Source: Haliotis rubra (Eukaryota). From it: a stretch of 64,000 bases of DNA. The stretch covers positions 558,001 through 622,000 of the forward strand of contig NW_025767289.1 of assembly GCF_003918875.1 (NCBI RefSeq), read 5' to 3'. The notes under the pieces were generated by a model. That model worked only from the letters and a program-made list of their open reading frames with translations, did not search any database and had not been told where the DNA came from. Position numbers and translations under genes: made by a program. Numbering within the stretch: the first letter of the stretch is position 1; every line of letters begins with the position of its first letter. Below, piece by piece: positions 13,977-28,232 of the stretch.

Positions 13977-16825
13977 CCTCCTGGGACACAGAAATGACAT
14001 TTTTTTCCTACAACTCAGAAAGGCCTAGTTTATTGTCAAATATGGATCACTTATGAACACCCAGTTTGAATCCATCGATATCCCCCATGCTAATTTAAGG
14101 GGTCCTCATATGTGGACACAGGGTCCAAGCTTGCCCAAAATATGTCCGGTGTCCATACACGTGGACAATATAAGAATTCCATGTTCAAAGAGATGTGCAG
14201 TATAAAATAAGATAGCATGCTAAAATAAACAGTTGTCATGACAACCAATCTGTAAGTGAAGCAATAAGTGTCCTTTATTTGGAAACAAACTCACTGAAAA
14301 TCCTTCTGTAACAAATTTGGGCAAGAATTATCATAAAGTCAAAACATAACACGGATCAAAACATAAACGTTTAATACTGAAATTGACTTCACCAGGGTGT
14401 TGCACATGTCTGAAGAAGCACTGATGCAGTGTCAATGGACAATAATCATGACTCAAAAAGAACTTCAATTATAACTTCAAAACTGTCAAACTTTAACTTC
14501 AATACTGTAAAACGTTAATGTTGTGTTGCTCCTTTGAGAACATGTGAGTTCACAGATGGAAGTTTTCAAACTATTCACGCATGCAAAGAAAGACCTTGCA
14601 CTCAGTGCACATCAGTCGAGATTTGCCAGTTTTGCATCCAGGATGTCGACAACGAGCCGCATGCTTCAACTCAACAAACCTGGGCAAATGTTTTGCACCA
14701 GATCTCCTGGCAGCTTCTGGAGGCAATGGGACTCTCTTCTGGGGAGGCTCATCTGGCACATCAGCTGGAGCTGCAGTACCATCTTCAGTGTAAACGAAGC
14801 ATTCTGGAACAGCCATACGGAAATCAAGAAACTGCATTTATCTAGAGGTTTTTCCTCTGTACAAAATCCATGAGTTGACCAAACTCTCGTCAAGCATGTG
14901 GAAGATTGTTCTTACGGTCCATTTGCTTGTGCGTGCTGAAATCCTGTACAGAGATATCATCCTGTCATTAAGATCAACTCCACCCATTTTGTCATTGTAT
15001 GCTTTGACAACTGCCAGTCTTCTGATATTTATGTACGCCTTGTCTTGTTTAGACCAACGCCTGCAGTCTCCTTCAGGGTCGACACCATGTTCAGTTGAAG
15101 CCATCAAAACTGATTTATTATCATACCATTGCACTACTGCAATTCTTCCATCTTCACGAACAAACTGATTTGATGAACCGCGCCCTTGTCTAGCCAACAT
15201 TCCATCAGGGAGAAGCTGCTGACGAGGAGCTGCAGGGACAGATCTTTTCATGATGGTTCCTGTTCCGTTGATGTGTAGCTCCATCAAGTTATCAAACAAA
15301 GGCATATGTTTGTTAAATACCTGTCCATATACACAGATGAGCCTTCTGGGAGGGATGAATTTAGCCGTAGGACAAGACCACCAACTGGCAACTGTTCTTT
15401 GCCTTGATATATCTCAAAATCAAGGACTAATCCAGATGAAGATGCAATGACAAAGTTCTTTAGTCCAGTTGGATTTGGCTTTCCTCTGATGTGCTGTCGC
15501 ATTCCACTGTGTCCTGTGAATGGAATCATCTGCTCATCCACACATACTGTCATCGGCCTAGGAAGTTGCAAACACACATGTTTCACCTGTTCCAAAAGTG
15601 GGCGTATTTTCCACAATGTTATCATTAACAATCTTTATATTTGCCCTGATCCTAAAATATCGATCTCGACTCATTGCTTGCACAATTGCTGGAACCGCTG
15701 TTGCTCTTGCCCAATACATCCGTGCTCTAGGATAGCATGAACTCACCATGATGATGTTTATTCCGAAAATATTTCGAATTTCTGCAGGATTTGTGTTCAG
15801 TGGACGACCGTGCTTTTCAATAATATCCTCATTAAAGTAATCTCTGTTAGAGATTTCAGAAAATCTGGATCCTTGGCATCCTCTGCATGTAGTTGATGTT
15901 CACTCTCAGCAAAGTTGTCTGATCTTTGCCATTGCAATTGTCTGCCTCGTCCACGAATGCCATGAGCTTTTCTCTATAACGATCTCCCACGACCTCTTCC
16001 TCTGCCCCTTGTCAGCTCTGGACGAGGAGCAATATCCATATCTTCTTCAGAATTTGATGAATGTTCTGACCAACTTGTTGGTTGTATATCATGATCAGGT
16101 TCCAGTTCTGATTCTGAATCTGATTCATTTTTTGATAGTGCAAACGTACGATCACTATCAGAATCCTCAAAACTTTCAGCCTCTGAAGAGTCACCATCAG
16201 ACAAACATAAGTTAGAATCATCCAACATATGCAGGACATCTTCTGTATTGAGTCGCCTTGCAAGTCTCTTTGGCCTACATGAAACAGCAAATTAAAACTG
16301 TCAAAATGAAAGATAGTTCATTTTGTTTAAGATGAAAGAAACTAATTTCTGAACAAATGATTAGCATCTCATTTTGAAGTTTGTTCAGGATTCATTTAGA
16401 CCTGATGTCCACATACAAGGACATCATTTTTCTGATCTGAAACCCAATGGGACATAAAGATCAATTGCAAATTTCACTCAAAAATATAATTGGCAAAACT
16501 TTCGTATTAATGAAATTAGAAACCATGTATATTCAAAAGTATTTTGGTTATGTCAAATTTTCTGAGATAATTCAGATTTTTTGTGATATAAAGCAAATAC
16601 CTGGTGAGGTGGACCGGCTGTCTGCTACAACCACATGGGCCATCTTGTTGTTTACCTCCAGTATGGAGAGCTCCAAAATCACCTCCCTTGAAAGTGTCAA
16701 TTGACAGTCTGATAGTGTCCACAAACGAGGACCATGGGTCTTTTTGCATCCTGTGATTAACTTCTAATTGATTAATTGATTAATTGTGTTGTTTGTTTCT
16801 CCTCAGTTGAGGACGTGGTTTTTTC
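13977..16825 (-). mobile_element. piggyBac-family DNA transposon relic inserted in SINE B
   Basis: Frameshifted transposase. Subterminal inverted repeats ggtcctcatatgtggacac (14101) / gtgtccacaaacgaggacc (about 16715). Confidence 0.9.
14571..16228 (-). pseudogene. Frameshifted piggyBac (PGBD2/3-like) transposase
   Basis: Five ORF pieces: acidic N-terminus; RMYW...MSRDRY; KIRPLL...VDEQMIPFTG...KPNPTGLK...DFEIYQG...YMDRY; YNDKMGGVDLNDRM; C-terminal Cys-rich domain (RCRHPGC...CTECKVFLC). Confidence 0.93.
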
Positions 16826-16873
16826 TGCTGGGATATGGCTAAAAGTGGCGTAAAACCATACTCACTCACTCAC
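16826..16873 (+). mobile_element. SINE family B, 3' half with (TCAC)n tail
   Basis: tgctgggatatggctaaaagtggcgtaaaaccatactcactcactcac matches the uninterrupted tail copy at about 27420-27483 (minus strand). Confidence 0.85.
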
Positions 16874-17549
16874 ATGCTTCTGCTGAGTATTCCAAATTGA
16901 ACTTATGTTCTAGTTCAGTTCGCTTTATTTTAATAATTTTATGTAGACTTTTGGCAAAGCCAATATGGGTTATTAAATGATAAAGTATAATATATGATTA
17001 AATAAGTAAAACCGGTTATATAAAAGTAAAAAGTATATTATATGGGTAAATATAAGGTTGGAATCAAGTGACTTCTTGAGCACAGAACAGACATATATAA
17101 TATGTGCATGAAACAACAAGAGATGGTGGCATATGTTCTTTCATCCGGGCGTGTATGTAGCAGGAAATTTATATTGTCATGACAAATGGTTTGTATGTAA
17201 ACATGAAAACATTCACTCGCCTTCTCAATGTTCCTTACTGCTGGTTCTGTCCAAGTCCTAATCCCGCTCCAAAAGAATCTAACACAACCAGCTATGTAAC
17301 CATTGTCCACTTAAATATCTGAAGTTTCCGACATGAACCGACTGGAATGTACCTGAGTATTTGCTTTTTAGACGGCATGCTTCACTGAATCTCAAAGAGA
17401 CGCCAGTGTTCAATCAGCAGGTCTTCTTAAGCTCTTCCATGGACTTCTAGATAGTATACAAGTATTACTTGGGAAAAGCAAAGACAATATCAAGAAGACA
17501 CCCAAAGCGTAATTGTTAATATTATTTATAGGTCCCTTCTATATGTGGT

Positions 17550-18600
17550 CCCAAAAAGGTGATACTATCAGACCAGCCAACTACAGGGGTATAACAATAC
17601 TTGGTACTTTGTCCTAAGTCTACACTACTATATTAAATATGAGACTACAGTTTTGGAGTGAATCATGCAATAATCTTGAGGAGTCCAGGCCGGCTTTCGT
17701 AAGGGCTATTCAAATACTCACGATGTCTTCATTCTGCAATCTGTCATACAGCGATATTTAGGAAAGGAACTGAGTTAAAATGTACACATTTTTGTAGATT
17801 TTTGTAAGGCTTTTGATTCTTCTTAAACGCACACCTGATCTGAGATGTATACAAATATTCAGTATGTCTATAAAGATGTTGTCGCCTGCGTTGAATATGA
17901 AACTCAATGTTCAGATTTTTCCGGTATAAGTTGGAGTTATGTATATAAAGCCATATTTTGGTTTAATATTTTAATAACAAACTTGACTCCAGAAACAGAT
18001 TCAGAATTAACATGTGAACCAGACATTCACTTCCGTCCAGAGCTTCTCCTTGTATTTCTACTACTTTTTGCAGACAATGTAACTTTAATTGCTGACACTA
18101 CAGTTTGCCTACAGATGTGAATTGATATTCTTTAACAGCATTGCCATAGATATTCACTCACATTATTAAAACTACTATAAAACTAGTGGTGTCAAAGTGG
18201 TGGCAGTATCCTGTCTAAAATGAAAAAATGGTGTTATGTAGATGTTATATTTCTTACAAAGATTTGGGTTTATCGTTCTCAAATACTTTAAACCGTTCTG
18301 ATCACATATACATGTATGATGCCAAACCTCGGGCTGAAAATGTAATATTATATACCTTAAAATTACATTGAAGCATAAAACTAATCAACTACGATGTGTT
18401 TTTAAGATATTTGATGCAAAGTAGCACCAACACTGAAGCTTAAAGTTGGTCGTTAAATGAATATACAGAAGTTGAACAGATCCATGTTATTAGCGTGTAA
18501 ACATTTCAGGTGTTGAATCTTCGACATCTGACCATGTCGTTAGAGGCGAGTTTCAGCGTACAAACGCTCTATCAGTTATTCTTGTAAGATAATCTCTGTA
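17550..18600 (+). mobile_element. Degenerate LINE RT fragment, related to the element at 46243-49980
   Basis: KKGD..PANYRGITIL, FRKGYS..DVFILQSVIQRYL, FVDFCKAFDS and LLLFADN remnants with many stops. Confidence 0.8.
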
Positions 18601-19718
18601 TAATCAAAATATATTCTTAAACAAAAATGGTATTCAGATAATGTAAATAGCCCTATTCTTCATTTAAACTGAATTTGTGTCATATCTTCTAAATATTAAC
18701 ATTGATACGTACAGTTGTACATACAGTACATATTGAAGTGTGCAGATATCATATTATCCCACGAGGTTGTGCCATCTCTGTAATACAGAATACAATTTTC
18801 AGTTATTTTGTACAACATATACTGATTTTAGACATAAATACATGAAGAGAAATGCTATGCCCATCCTACATTGAATAAGGTTAATATAGTGCTGAAGCCA
18901 TCGAAAACCTTGCACCTTTCTACTAATTATTTTCCTGTGGACCTTAATAGCTTAACGTACAATAAGCCGTCTACCACTGCCACATGCAACTGTTGTCCAA
19001 TTCTACAGACCATTTACGTTAATATAATAAGTTTGAAACAATGCGCAAATTCTTTATTTCTCCTAAAGGTAATATATCGGATACTATCTAAGTACAACAT
19101 GCTGTAGGCTTGCATTGGGAGCAAGAAGACATTGCTATGACCAACAGATTACATCACAATTGAAAACAATACTTTGAAAGGACAGCTTAAGAAAAAGAAG
19201 AACTATGCCCGTTAGGTTTCACATCACTGAAATGCCACCGTCAAAATGAACAAATGGAATCCATTTTAAGCCTGAATACAATATAACAAGTGAATAAAAG
19301 ATCATCATAGCAATCTGAACTTAACCAGACCTTTCATTATGAACTCGCGTGAAAGAATGATTGCTGTGCCAATTTGGAATGTGTCCATATAGTGTTACAT
19401 TGAAGGCCGATGTCTGAAGAACATTGCCAGTTTAAAGAAAAAATAAACTTTGTTTTGTTTTTTGTACTCTTTTAGCCATTACATATGAAAGATTTGTGGT
19501 TAGTCTTATGCGGAACACCCAATTCATTCATAAAAAACTTGTGGTTAATTAATACGCCTGCTTTACTCTCGCGCGCCAACGAAACCACAGACAGGTTACA
19601 TAACTCTGTCGCCAGAGCACGGCACAGTGACATCATGTGAGGAAGGGTTTTCAGTTAGTTGTATATAAAGTGTGTAGCAAGTTCGTCAGTTTGATGATTT
19701 CTCGACATCAACGAAGAC

Positions 19719-19890
19719 ATGCCGAATCGTTGCGTTGTCGTCAATTGCTCCTAGGGGTCGGGTGATGGTGTCACCATGCACAGATTTTCACAGGACCCCG
19801 CAGTTCGTGCTAAATGGGTTATGTGAGTGCGAAGCGAGCGTTGTGGAAGCCTGGAACGATATCGTACCTCTTTTCACATTGCTTCACGGA
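19719..19890 (+). pseudogene. THAP zinc-finger domain relic (DNA-transposon derived)
   Basis: MPNRCVVVNCS*...VTMHRFSQDPAVRAKWV...W...HCF fits the THAP C2CH pattern, with stops. Confidence 0.7.
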
Positions 19891-20373
19891 AATTAAAGAA
19901 TAAAAAAATGTTAAATGACAGTAGATTGTGAGAACATATAGCTTTCATTTTTCACAACAGTTGTCACGATTCAGGTTTATCCGAACCTGTAAACAAGATG
20001 ATTTACCCCCGAAATGTACATGAATTCTGCATCGGCCATCAAATCTATTCCTCACATGACGACACAGAGACGCGCCGCTCTGATTGATTGAAATTGCATT
20101 CGCGGGTGAGAATTGTGCACTGTTGTCAAAAAGGTCGATTTAAGTTAATTAAAGATCGAAATGAGTAGTTTTAATGACGGAGTTTCATTTATAACGATGC
20201 CAATCAGTGATTTATGTATTTGTAGCCCCCTAGAGTATATGTGATCTTTAAACTTTATTTGGAGTCTGTGTGACAGGAATAGTTCCAAGATAACATCTGA
20301 AGATGAAACAGGAGTGAGGGGAACCACAATGCAGTTTACTTCCCGTCCCTCTCGGTAGCTATGGTCTGCCCTA

Positions 20374-20731
20374 CAAATACCAGATTACCGTACCGGTCAG
20401 TATTGTATTTGGTTACTTTATGACGGTATGTGCCCAACAAATACCAGATTACCATACCGGTCACTATTGTATTTGGTTACTTTATGACGTTATGTGCCCA
20501 ACAAATACCAGATTCCCATAGCGGTCACTATTGTATTTGGTTACTTTATGACGTTATGTGCCCAACAAATACCAGATTCCCATAGCGGTCACTATTGTAT
20601 TTGGTTACTTTATGACGTTATGTGCCCAACAAATACCTAATTACCATACCGGTCACTATTGTATTTGGTTACTTTATGACGGTATGTGCCCAACAAATAC
20701 CAGATTACCGTACCGGTCACTATTGTATTTG
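20374..20731. repeat. Minisatellite, about 64-bp unit, about 5.5 copies
   Basis: caaataccagattaccataccggtcactattgtatttggttactttatgacg(g/t)tatgtgcccaa repeated. Confidence 0.95.
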
Positions 20732-21075
20732 TATAACAAAAAATGTTCTAAATATCCTTTTTACAAATATTTAAAAGGCTAAATATTGATCTTATTTGTC
20801 ACTGCACCACAATAAAGTTTTATATAAAATCATAAGTTGAGTTGTTATCATTTGCCGCAGTGGTTGATATTTTGTGTAGACAACCTGTTAGACTTGTAAT
20901 TTAACAATTTGAACATATTTTCCTATAAATGGCCGGCATCCAACTGTCGAGTTTTCGAGATTTGCCTCTAGTTTCCTAGCAAAACATTACTATACATGCA
21001 CAGACTTATCATTCAGCAAGACTAACCAGCTGTTTGCAGAGTGCTGTTAACAGGCAGTGTAACTGGTAGCAACAC

Positions 21076-21658
21076 CCACAGGCCCTCGTGTCTTTGCAAG
21101 AATATAAAAACAAATATTTTAAAAAATTAGGGGAAGCATGCCCTCTGATTGGCCGAAGCTTGTAAATCTGCACATTCTTTATAAATTCGCGGGAATTCTT
21201 ACTTTCATCGACTGCTTGATTTGGAAATGTAAGAGAATTTTGTCCAGCAATGGCCTCTAAAAAGAAAGCATCAGTTGTAAATGTCTCCTTAACAAGCATC
21301 AACCAACCAGAAGGCTTGCTTCGACCACACCCACGTCATGTGCGGACCTATCGTCATCCATTTGTGACTAGATCGTTTGGTTGATGGTCCAAATCGAGTT
21401 TCAATCGACTTGCAGAAATAACAATAAAAAAATGGTAGGTGCTATGAATGGTGATCGATAGGCCAATCATCCATGATTATGTTTACATTAAGTTTTAATC
21501 GACTGCATGTGATGGTAGCGTAGCGATCGGCAAAGCAGGCGGGTGGGGGACACCAAGTGTTCGGCCTTGTCATGATGTATTGTACTGTGAGGCATTTCGA
21601 GTCGGGGTTCATCTAAAAAAATAATCTTTAATCCTCGCAAAGACACGAGGGCCTGTGG
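21076..21658. mobile_element. MITE with perfect 22-bp TIRs
   Basis: ccacaggccctcgtgtctttgc ... gcaaagacacgagggcctgtgg. No clear TSD; superfamily unassigned. Confidence 0.8.
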
Positions 21659-24600
21659 CAAAACTCTGTTTTGTCAGAACAGACGTCATTGGTATTTCGT
21701 AAACAACAGTGCTAATCGAATCGATTGTACAGTTCCGGACAGATTGTGTGTTTATGAATTACAATAAAAAAGTGAAAGTACATTGGTATTCACGGAGATC
21801 GTAAGCGTATTCTGCTCCAACCGAGGCACGCGTCAAAATACATACGCAAATGCAAGTCAGTTGCTCACCTGAAATAAACCACGGACGTTGATTTGCGCCT
21901 GATGCACCTGGAGAAGCTCTGTGTGTTTCACACTCAGCATCGCATAGTTAGAATTTGTCTTCAGCAAATTATCGTGACTTGCTGACTTGTTTGACACATG
22001 TCATCGTATCTCATCGATGCTCATGATGTCAAGCACTGTAGCACATGTTGTTGTCAATAGGTTACTAAGCAGCAAATGCTTTCATCAGACGAGACTTGGA
22101 CGAACTATCTAGCTGAACATATCGGACTTTATTGAGTTGTACTACATTAAGCATTTGTTTCCGTCGTGAGTGTTAATACTTGTAACTGACACACATATGA
22201 CACAAGTCGCATGTAAGACCCTATCAGTTTACGACTCAATGGACGTCAAAGACGCACCACATGAAACATGCGCATAGTGTCTATTGAAATGCTAAGGGTT
22301 CTTTTCATGATATCATAGTAATAAAATGACATAGAATACAATCAATCCTGTAATACAAAACATAATCATATCTTGGGTGTGTGTGACGCTGGGCGCAAAC
22401 TGGAAGGCTAAAAATACTGACCATACACCATACTTGTCAACAGCTTCTAAATACAGATACTTACTATACGTACGCTTACTCAAGCTCAAAAAGATTCTTA
22501 ATAAAGATTGATTCAAAAACCAAAAATGAGCTCTGATTGCCCTGAACAGGAGTTGTATCAGTCCCTTTGATGTTTATGTCACAACCTGAACGACAAGTCT
22601 AAGGATCAAACATTTGTGTCAGTATACATGTATGTTTTGTTTTTACTGGTGGCAGTTTGAACAAACCCATCCCTCGCTGCACCCTCTGTTACATACAAAC
22701 CACACACACACCGTGCTTAGTACTGTGTAAAGCGGCCGTAAAATCACACGTAACTGTGATTGGTTTAGAGTCATAGTTGTCTCCAGCGTCTTGGTGGATT
22801 ATTTTAAAACTCTGCGTAAATATATTATTCTTTGTTCCTTGTGTGGATCAGTCATGTCAACGCCCCTAAATCTCGTTTTGATCGGAAATCAGTATATTCA
22901 TAACATTGAGTACACAAGCCTCTCAGTAACCAATTCCCCTCACTCACGCCCTGTCTGACATTCCCTACAAGCAACTGTTTCAGCATGTATCTCCGTGTTT
23001 CATCATGTGTCCATACTATCAGTTGTTGAGTTGAGTCATTACTCAGCTCATTCTGGTCGTGTTGTGAGATAATGTTGGTGTTTACATCTTGGTTATGCTA
23101 CTTAAAAGTCATTGTGATTAATATATATAAACATTTGATGTGTTCAACGCCGCTCGCAGCAATATATAAACTATATGCCAGCTTTTAGAAAAAGACAATT
23201 AGCAGCATAGGCATCAAACTGAGTAAATTTAGTTCGATGGCAACAGTGAACCACGCCTGGGAGCATGACCATCCACCACCCACCACCCACCACCCACCAC
23301 CTACCACAAGCTCAGTAATTAGTAAGTCTAACACTAACGGCAATATAGTTTCCACGGAAAATACGATATCATAGATCATAACACATAGAATGACATAACA
23401 ATATCATGATACTACGCGAGAGACGCCATTTTTGTAAACACTGAGTCTGTTTGGCCCTTTTGTTACTGCACTGACCCCAACCGCTGGTTTTACCCAATAT
23501 ATGATATATGTGTGTAGTTTCGGCAATGTGTGCTGGTGACGGTTGACAGTATTTCTTAGTTGATAACATGTGCCATCCATCTTGGTAAAGCATGACGTAA
23601 TGCAAGGACATATCATAGATGACACTAAATTCCAAAATCAATTTCAAAATTATATGTAAGCCCTCTGTACCAAACTCGATTTAGAGACTTACAAACATGA
23701 CAGAAGGCCATACAATATTGGTCTTTACCGTCAAATGTTTGGCACATTTAATGATATATTTCAATTATTGGATAGACAGGTGAACTGTCCGTTTGAAACC
23801 CAGCGTCATACTTGTTCAATAGCTTGTTCTCGTTAAAATAGTCAGGTCCATGCTTTAAGTACAACTCTCTCAAACAGCTTACCAACCAAACTTATGTGAA
23901 ATCATTCTGCAGTATATTGATACTTCTTACTTGAATGCATGAATTACATGCGCTAATTTCCATTCTGATGGTTATACACTTTTTCGAAACGACAAATTAA
24001 GAAGAAAACATATTTACCCACTTATTGAATGAACAGTTTCCTTTGAAAGGTGATGACTTATTATGTCAGGACCAGTAGCTTTTCGCAATAGCAAACATTT
24101 AATTGCATCAGAAATTCTGTTTAGTTACTGTTATAAATTCAAAACTGGAATTTGTACGTCTATCAAATTTAAGAAGAGTGCTAGTCACATTTAGGAAGAG
24201 TAGTTTTCCAGTGAGAGGTTTTATTTCAGTAATAAAATTATAAAGATTGGAATAAAAGTTCTCTTTTGCATGGTGTTTCATGTTATTTACATGATTTCTC
24301 TGTTTGTTTTGCAATCGAATATATCTTCCATTGTCAGTTCTTTTAACTGTTTTCTCATTATGTCCCGTTGTCTCCATTCTTGTCTCGGCTCAGTATCGAA
24401 CCAAGGCTTATCCATCAGGACGAACCGTTACAGTTTTGGATCCATTGTGAAAACTTCGTAAAACGTTTTTATGCATCATCAAAACTATCACAGTTGTCAA
24501 AAATACCAATCTGAATTTACTATTTATTTTTAAGTTCAACTACCAACTTTCTTACACCATACTTGTTTAGTAAAACACATATAGTAGTGCCATTTATGTA

Positions 24601-24914
24601 ACAAAACAAACACACTGACAAAAGCATCACAGCACCCCTTATTGTTCATAGTAACGGTTTGTCAGCATTAATCATTTGGACATCAATGTTACTTATAATA
24701 TGGATAAACTGACGCTTACGGATTAGTGAAATTGCAAATCTAGACACAAAAGACCAAAAATCTGCGGTTTATTCAGAGAAGGAAACATGACAAAGAACGA
24801 CTCATTTTGTAGTGCTGAGAACCATGGTCGTACGACGTTAACAGGTGCGATAATGATTCTGGCATACAACCCACAAGATATCACATCAATAGTATCAATA
24901 GCCGAGCGCAATGT

Positions 24915-26621
24915 CAAAATCTCGCGTAACCTCCGCCAAATGCAATAACATCCACACTTTCCTCCATATTGATTGTATCAGACGTTGAATTTGACGTTGA
25001 GGTATTGCGCTCCATTCTTGGAGGGCATTTTCCACTACATCAAGATTTTACACTGGAGTATCTCTCTGGAATATTCAGCGATTCACAGTGTCCCAAACAT
25101 GCTCTATGGGCCTTGATCTAGTCTGATGGTAGGCCAAGGAGTTTGACGTAGTATTAAATCACCAACGATGTGGAACCCCCACATGACCAATGAACCCCCG
25201 CCAAACGGTACTTGCGCCAAGGTATTCCCTTCTGCATATACACTAAACTCCCAAAAAAAGTTACCCTCCTGCCTTTATGAATTGCTTAAAAACTATCAAA
25301 GATATGTTAGAAGTATTATGTTATAGTATTAAGTGACATAAAAAAGTTTAACAACACAGCTTTATGCAAATCACGAAAACAAATGCTCAAATGCATGCAT
25401 ATTTAGGTGAAATGCATATTTTTCAGAAGAGTTAAATTGTCCTATTTTCGACCATGCCGAAAAATACCAATAACAGTGATTCAGATGTCCAAAAGAAAGG
25501 TTGAAATAAAATTCTGCTTTGAGACAAAGATACACCATTTAAAGCCACGTGTTACGGAAAAAACGAACCCCAGCGAAAAAGGACCCCAAAAAGCTCGAGA
25601 AAACGGCCACCGCGCTGGAGAGAACGGCCTCCGAACTTAGAGAAAACGGTCTCTGTGCCTAGAGAAAACGGCCAACATAGTTGCACCAAGATCAAAGGAT
25701 ATTATATGATTATATATATCCTAAATAATAGAGATTTACTTCATTGCGCATAAGATTTTAAAAAAAGATTGATTGTTTCTTTTTAGTTTCGATATCCACA
25801 GCGGTTTAACCTCTGAAGATTGATGGGTTGTTTCCATAGTTACGATGAACAAACCAGTTTGATTCATTGTAGATTTTACAGATAAGATTAGTTGATTATA
25901 GAGAAAATAGATGACAAGGTAGTGTTCACATTGACGAGCTGATTAGTAGTACTAAGTCCAACTTTTGTTCTTGTAGTTCTGCGATGGTCCTCAGTATGGT
26001 GATCTACCTTCAGTTGTTGGCCTGTTTTTATACTGTATATCTGCGATAAACTAGTTGGTTTACAGTCATTCGTTGACAGGTGTTTGTAATTTAATTATCG
26101 TGAAATTATAACTTGTTTTTAGTCACGATACGGCTGAAATATTGCCGGTGTGACTTAAATTTCAGGGATTTTCGTCGAAAACTCGGGACCCTTTAACATG
26201 ACGTTAAGTTCCAGTGACCTCGACCTTGACACCAGGCTAGTCGTGCTGCATTGTGCTATGGGCACAACAGAGTAGGAGTATGTGGGACAACAACGGGCAT
26301 CTGCCGTCTGGCTCTGTACCCGGCCGATTGTAGGACCGTTATGTTGGACAAACGACAATGTTGAAACATGTTTTAACACGCCAGCCACTTGACATGAACG
26401 GATGGTGTCTTGTCATTCTCAGAAGGGGTGTATCCTTCTTTAAAGCTGAAACTCGTGGACTTGAGCGCTGATGATCTTTATTTTGCTTGTTTTCTGCCCA
26501 GTCGTCTGATACTCGATGGACGACTACTAACTTCTTTTGCAATAGCTCTTAATGAAATGCCAGCATTCCGCATACCAATAACCTGCTATCTTTGAGCAGT
26601 TGTCAGTTGAGGAGGCGCCAT
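24915..26621 (-). mobile_element. Tc1/mariner transposase relic split by further insertions
   Basis: N-terminus MAPPQLTTAQR*QVIGMRNAGISLRAIA (ATG at 26621). C-terminus PWP...PIEHVWD...EWSAIPQRQIQRLIQS...GGYARF (24915-25140). Confidence 0.8.
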
Positions 26622-28232
26622 ATATTTGCTGATCAACAACAAAATCTATTGAGTTTCAAAGTTAAAGAGCTGTGAGATCAGTTTACTGAGACGTGATATT
26701 TACTTTTCATTGCTTCACTCAGGTCTGTATGCAATACAACATATTAAAGGTTCTTGTCGAAGAAATAGCTTGATCCAAATAGTTTCGTCATGAATACTTT
26801 CTGAATCTACAACGACAATTTGTTAACTGACATCAGAGACCATATAATAGACTTAGCGTGTGGTCTCTGCTGACATATATCATGACCCCTGCCCCAAAAG
26901 CGTTTCTATCTCTTCTGACTGGTTCGTCGAAATTGTCCCATTAAAAGATCAGTGTTGTTTATTGTCTGATCCAGGTGTTTCAATAATACAGACAATATAA
27001 TATTCAGAAAGTACATAACTCAAGTAATTTAGCCAATTGCGCACACTTGGTGTATTTGAATTAAATATATGAAGTGATTGATTAGAGTCATGGTTCAATG
27101 GGCTTCGATTGATTTCCACATCCCCGGCAATCTGTAGACACAATAGAGAAACAAAACTATGCAGTTGACATTGTATGAAGCTGAGAAATATATACACACA
27201 ACACGCATTGCATTCAATATTAGACAAATTATAAGACATTCCAAATTCGTTTTAGAAGAACTTTGAAAATACAATTGCATGGAACACTGACAGAGAATGT
27301 TTACTAAAGCTGCAACAAATAGTGCAATTGAAACTCCCTATCGTCACACGGCATTGTGTTAGATCATTGCTGACATGAAAAAGGTTGAGAACAATATGCA
27401 ATAGTAGAATACATGCAAGGACTGACTGACTGAGTTTGGTTTTACGCCGCTTTCAGCAATATTCCAGCAACATCACGGCGGCCACATGCAAGGAAGATTG
27501 GACTTAAACTAAACATTTTTTACATAATTGGCGACTTGTATATTAACCGGCAATGCAGATCTGGTATTAGGTTACACCAGCTGTACAGCAGAACTGTGTA
27601 TAGACAGGAGATAACCTTTGAGTTCGAATGGATAAAACAATATCACGAAGTAAGGAGACAAAAGAAGAGAGTATGAGTCCAGATATTTCTTCTTGCCTAA
27701 TCTCCTTTTATATATATTATATAAATCATCTCCTGTTGTGTGGATAATATTTACACTTTAATATGAATTGAGATATATACATAATGGCTTTCACGTAAAT
27801 AGCATATCTGGGAAGAGCCGTTTATATCACAAAAGTTTGTACTTGTCCAGATCTGTTTCACATGTGGATGTCTTTGTTGTATGTGTACGCTCCCGTCATA
27901 TGTCCGTGATGAATCATTCGTGTGGTTATATTTCAGATCTCTTGCGGTTTTTGAACAATTTACTTCTGTATTGGGTTTAGTCCTCGTTGATATACACGGA
28001 ATCTCGATTGTGTCGTAGGTTTCTCCTGTTGCTCATGGCCTTGTTCCGATCCCAGTAACTGACAAATTGCACAATCATCTGGAGATCTCTCTCCATCTCG
28101 ATAATACCTATCGGTGTTAGATATATTGATGTTGGGGGGTGGACATCTTACAGTATGTTCATAACAACTTCATCAGTATTTTCCTCACACCACTTGTCCT
28201 GATAAACTCCCACAATTATAGTGTATGTATTT

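Noticed and set aside
14534-16228. Domesticated PGBD gene
   Set aside because: Multiple frameshifts and deletions, not explained by introns.
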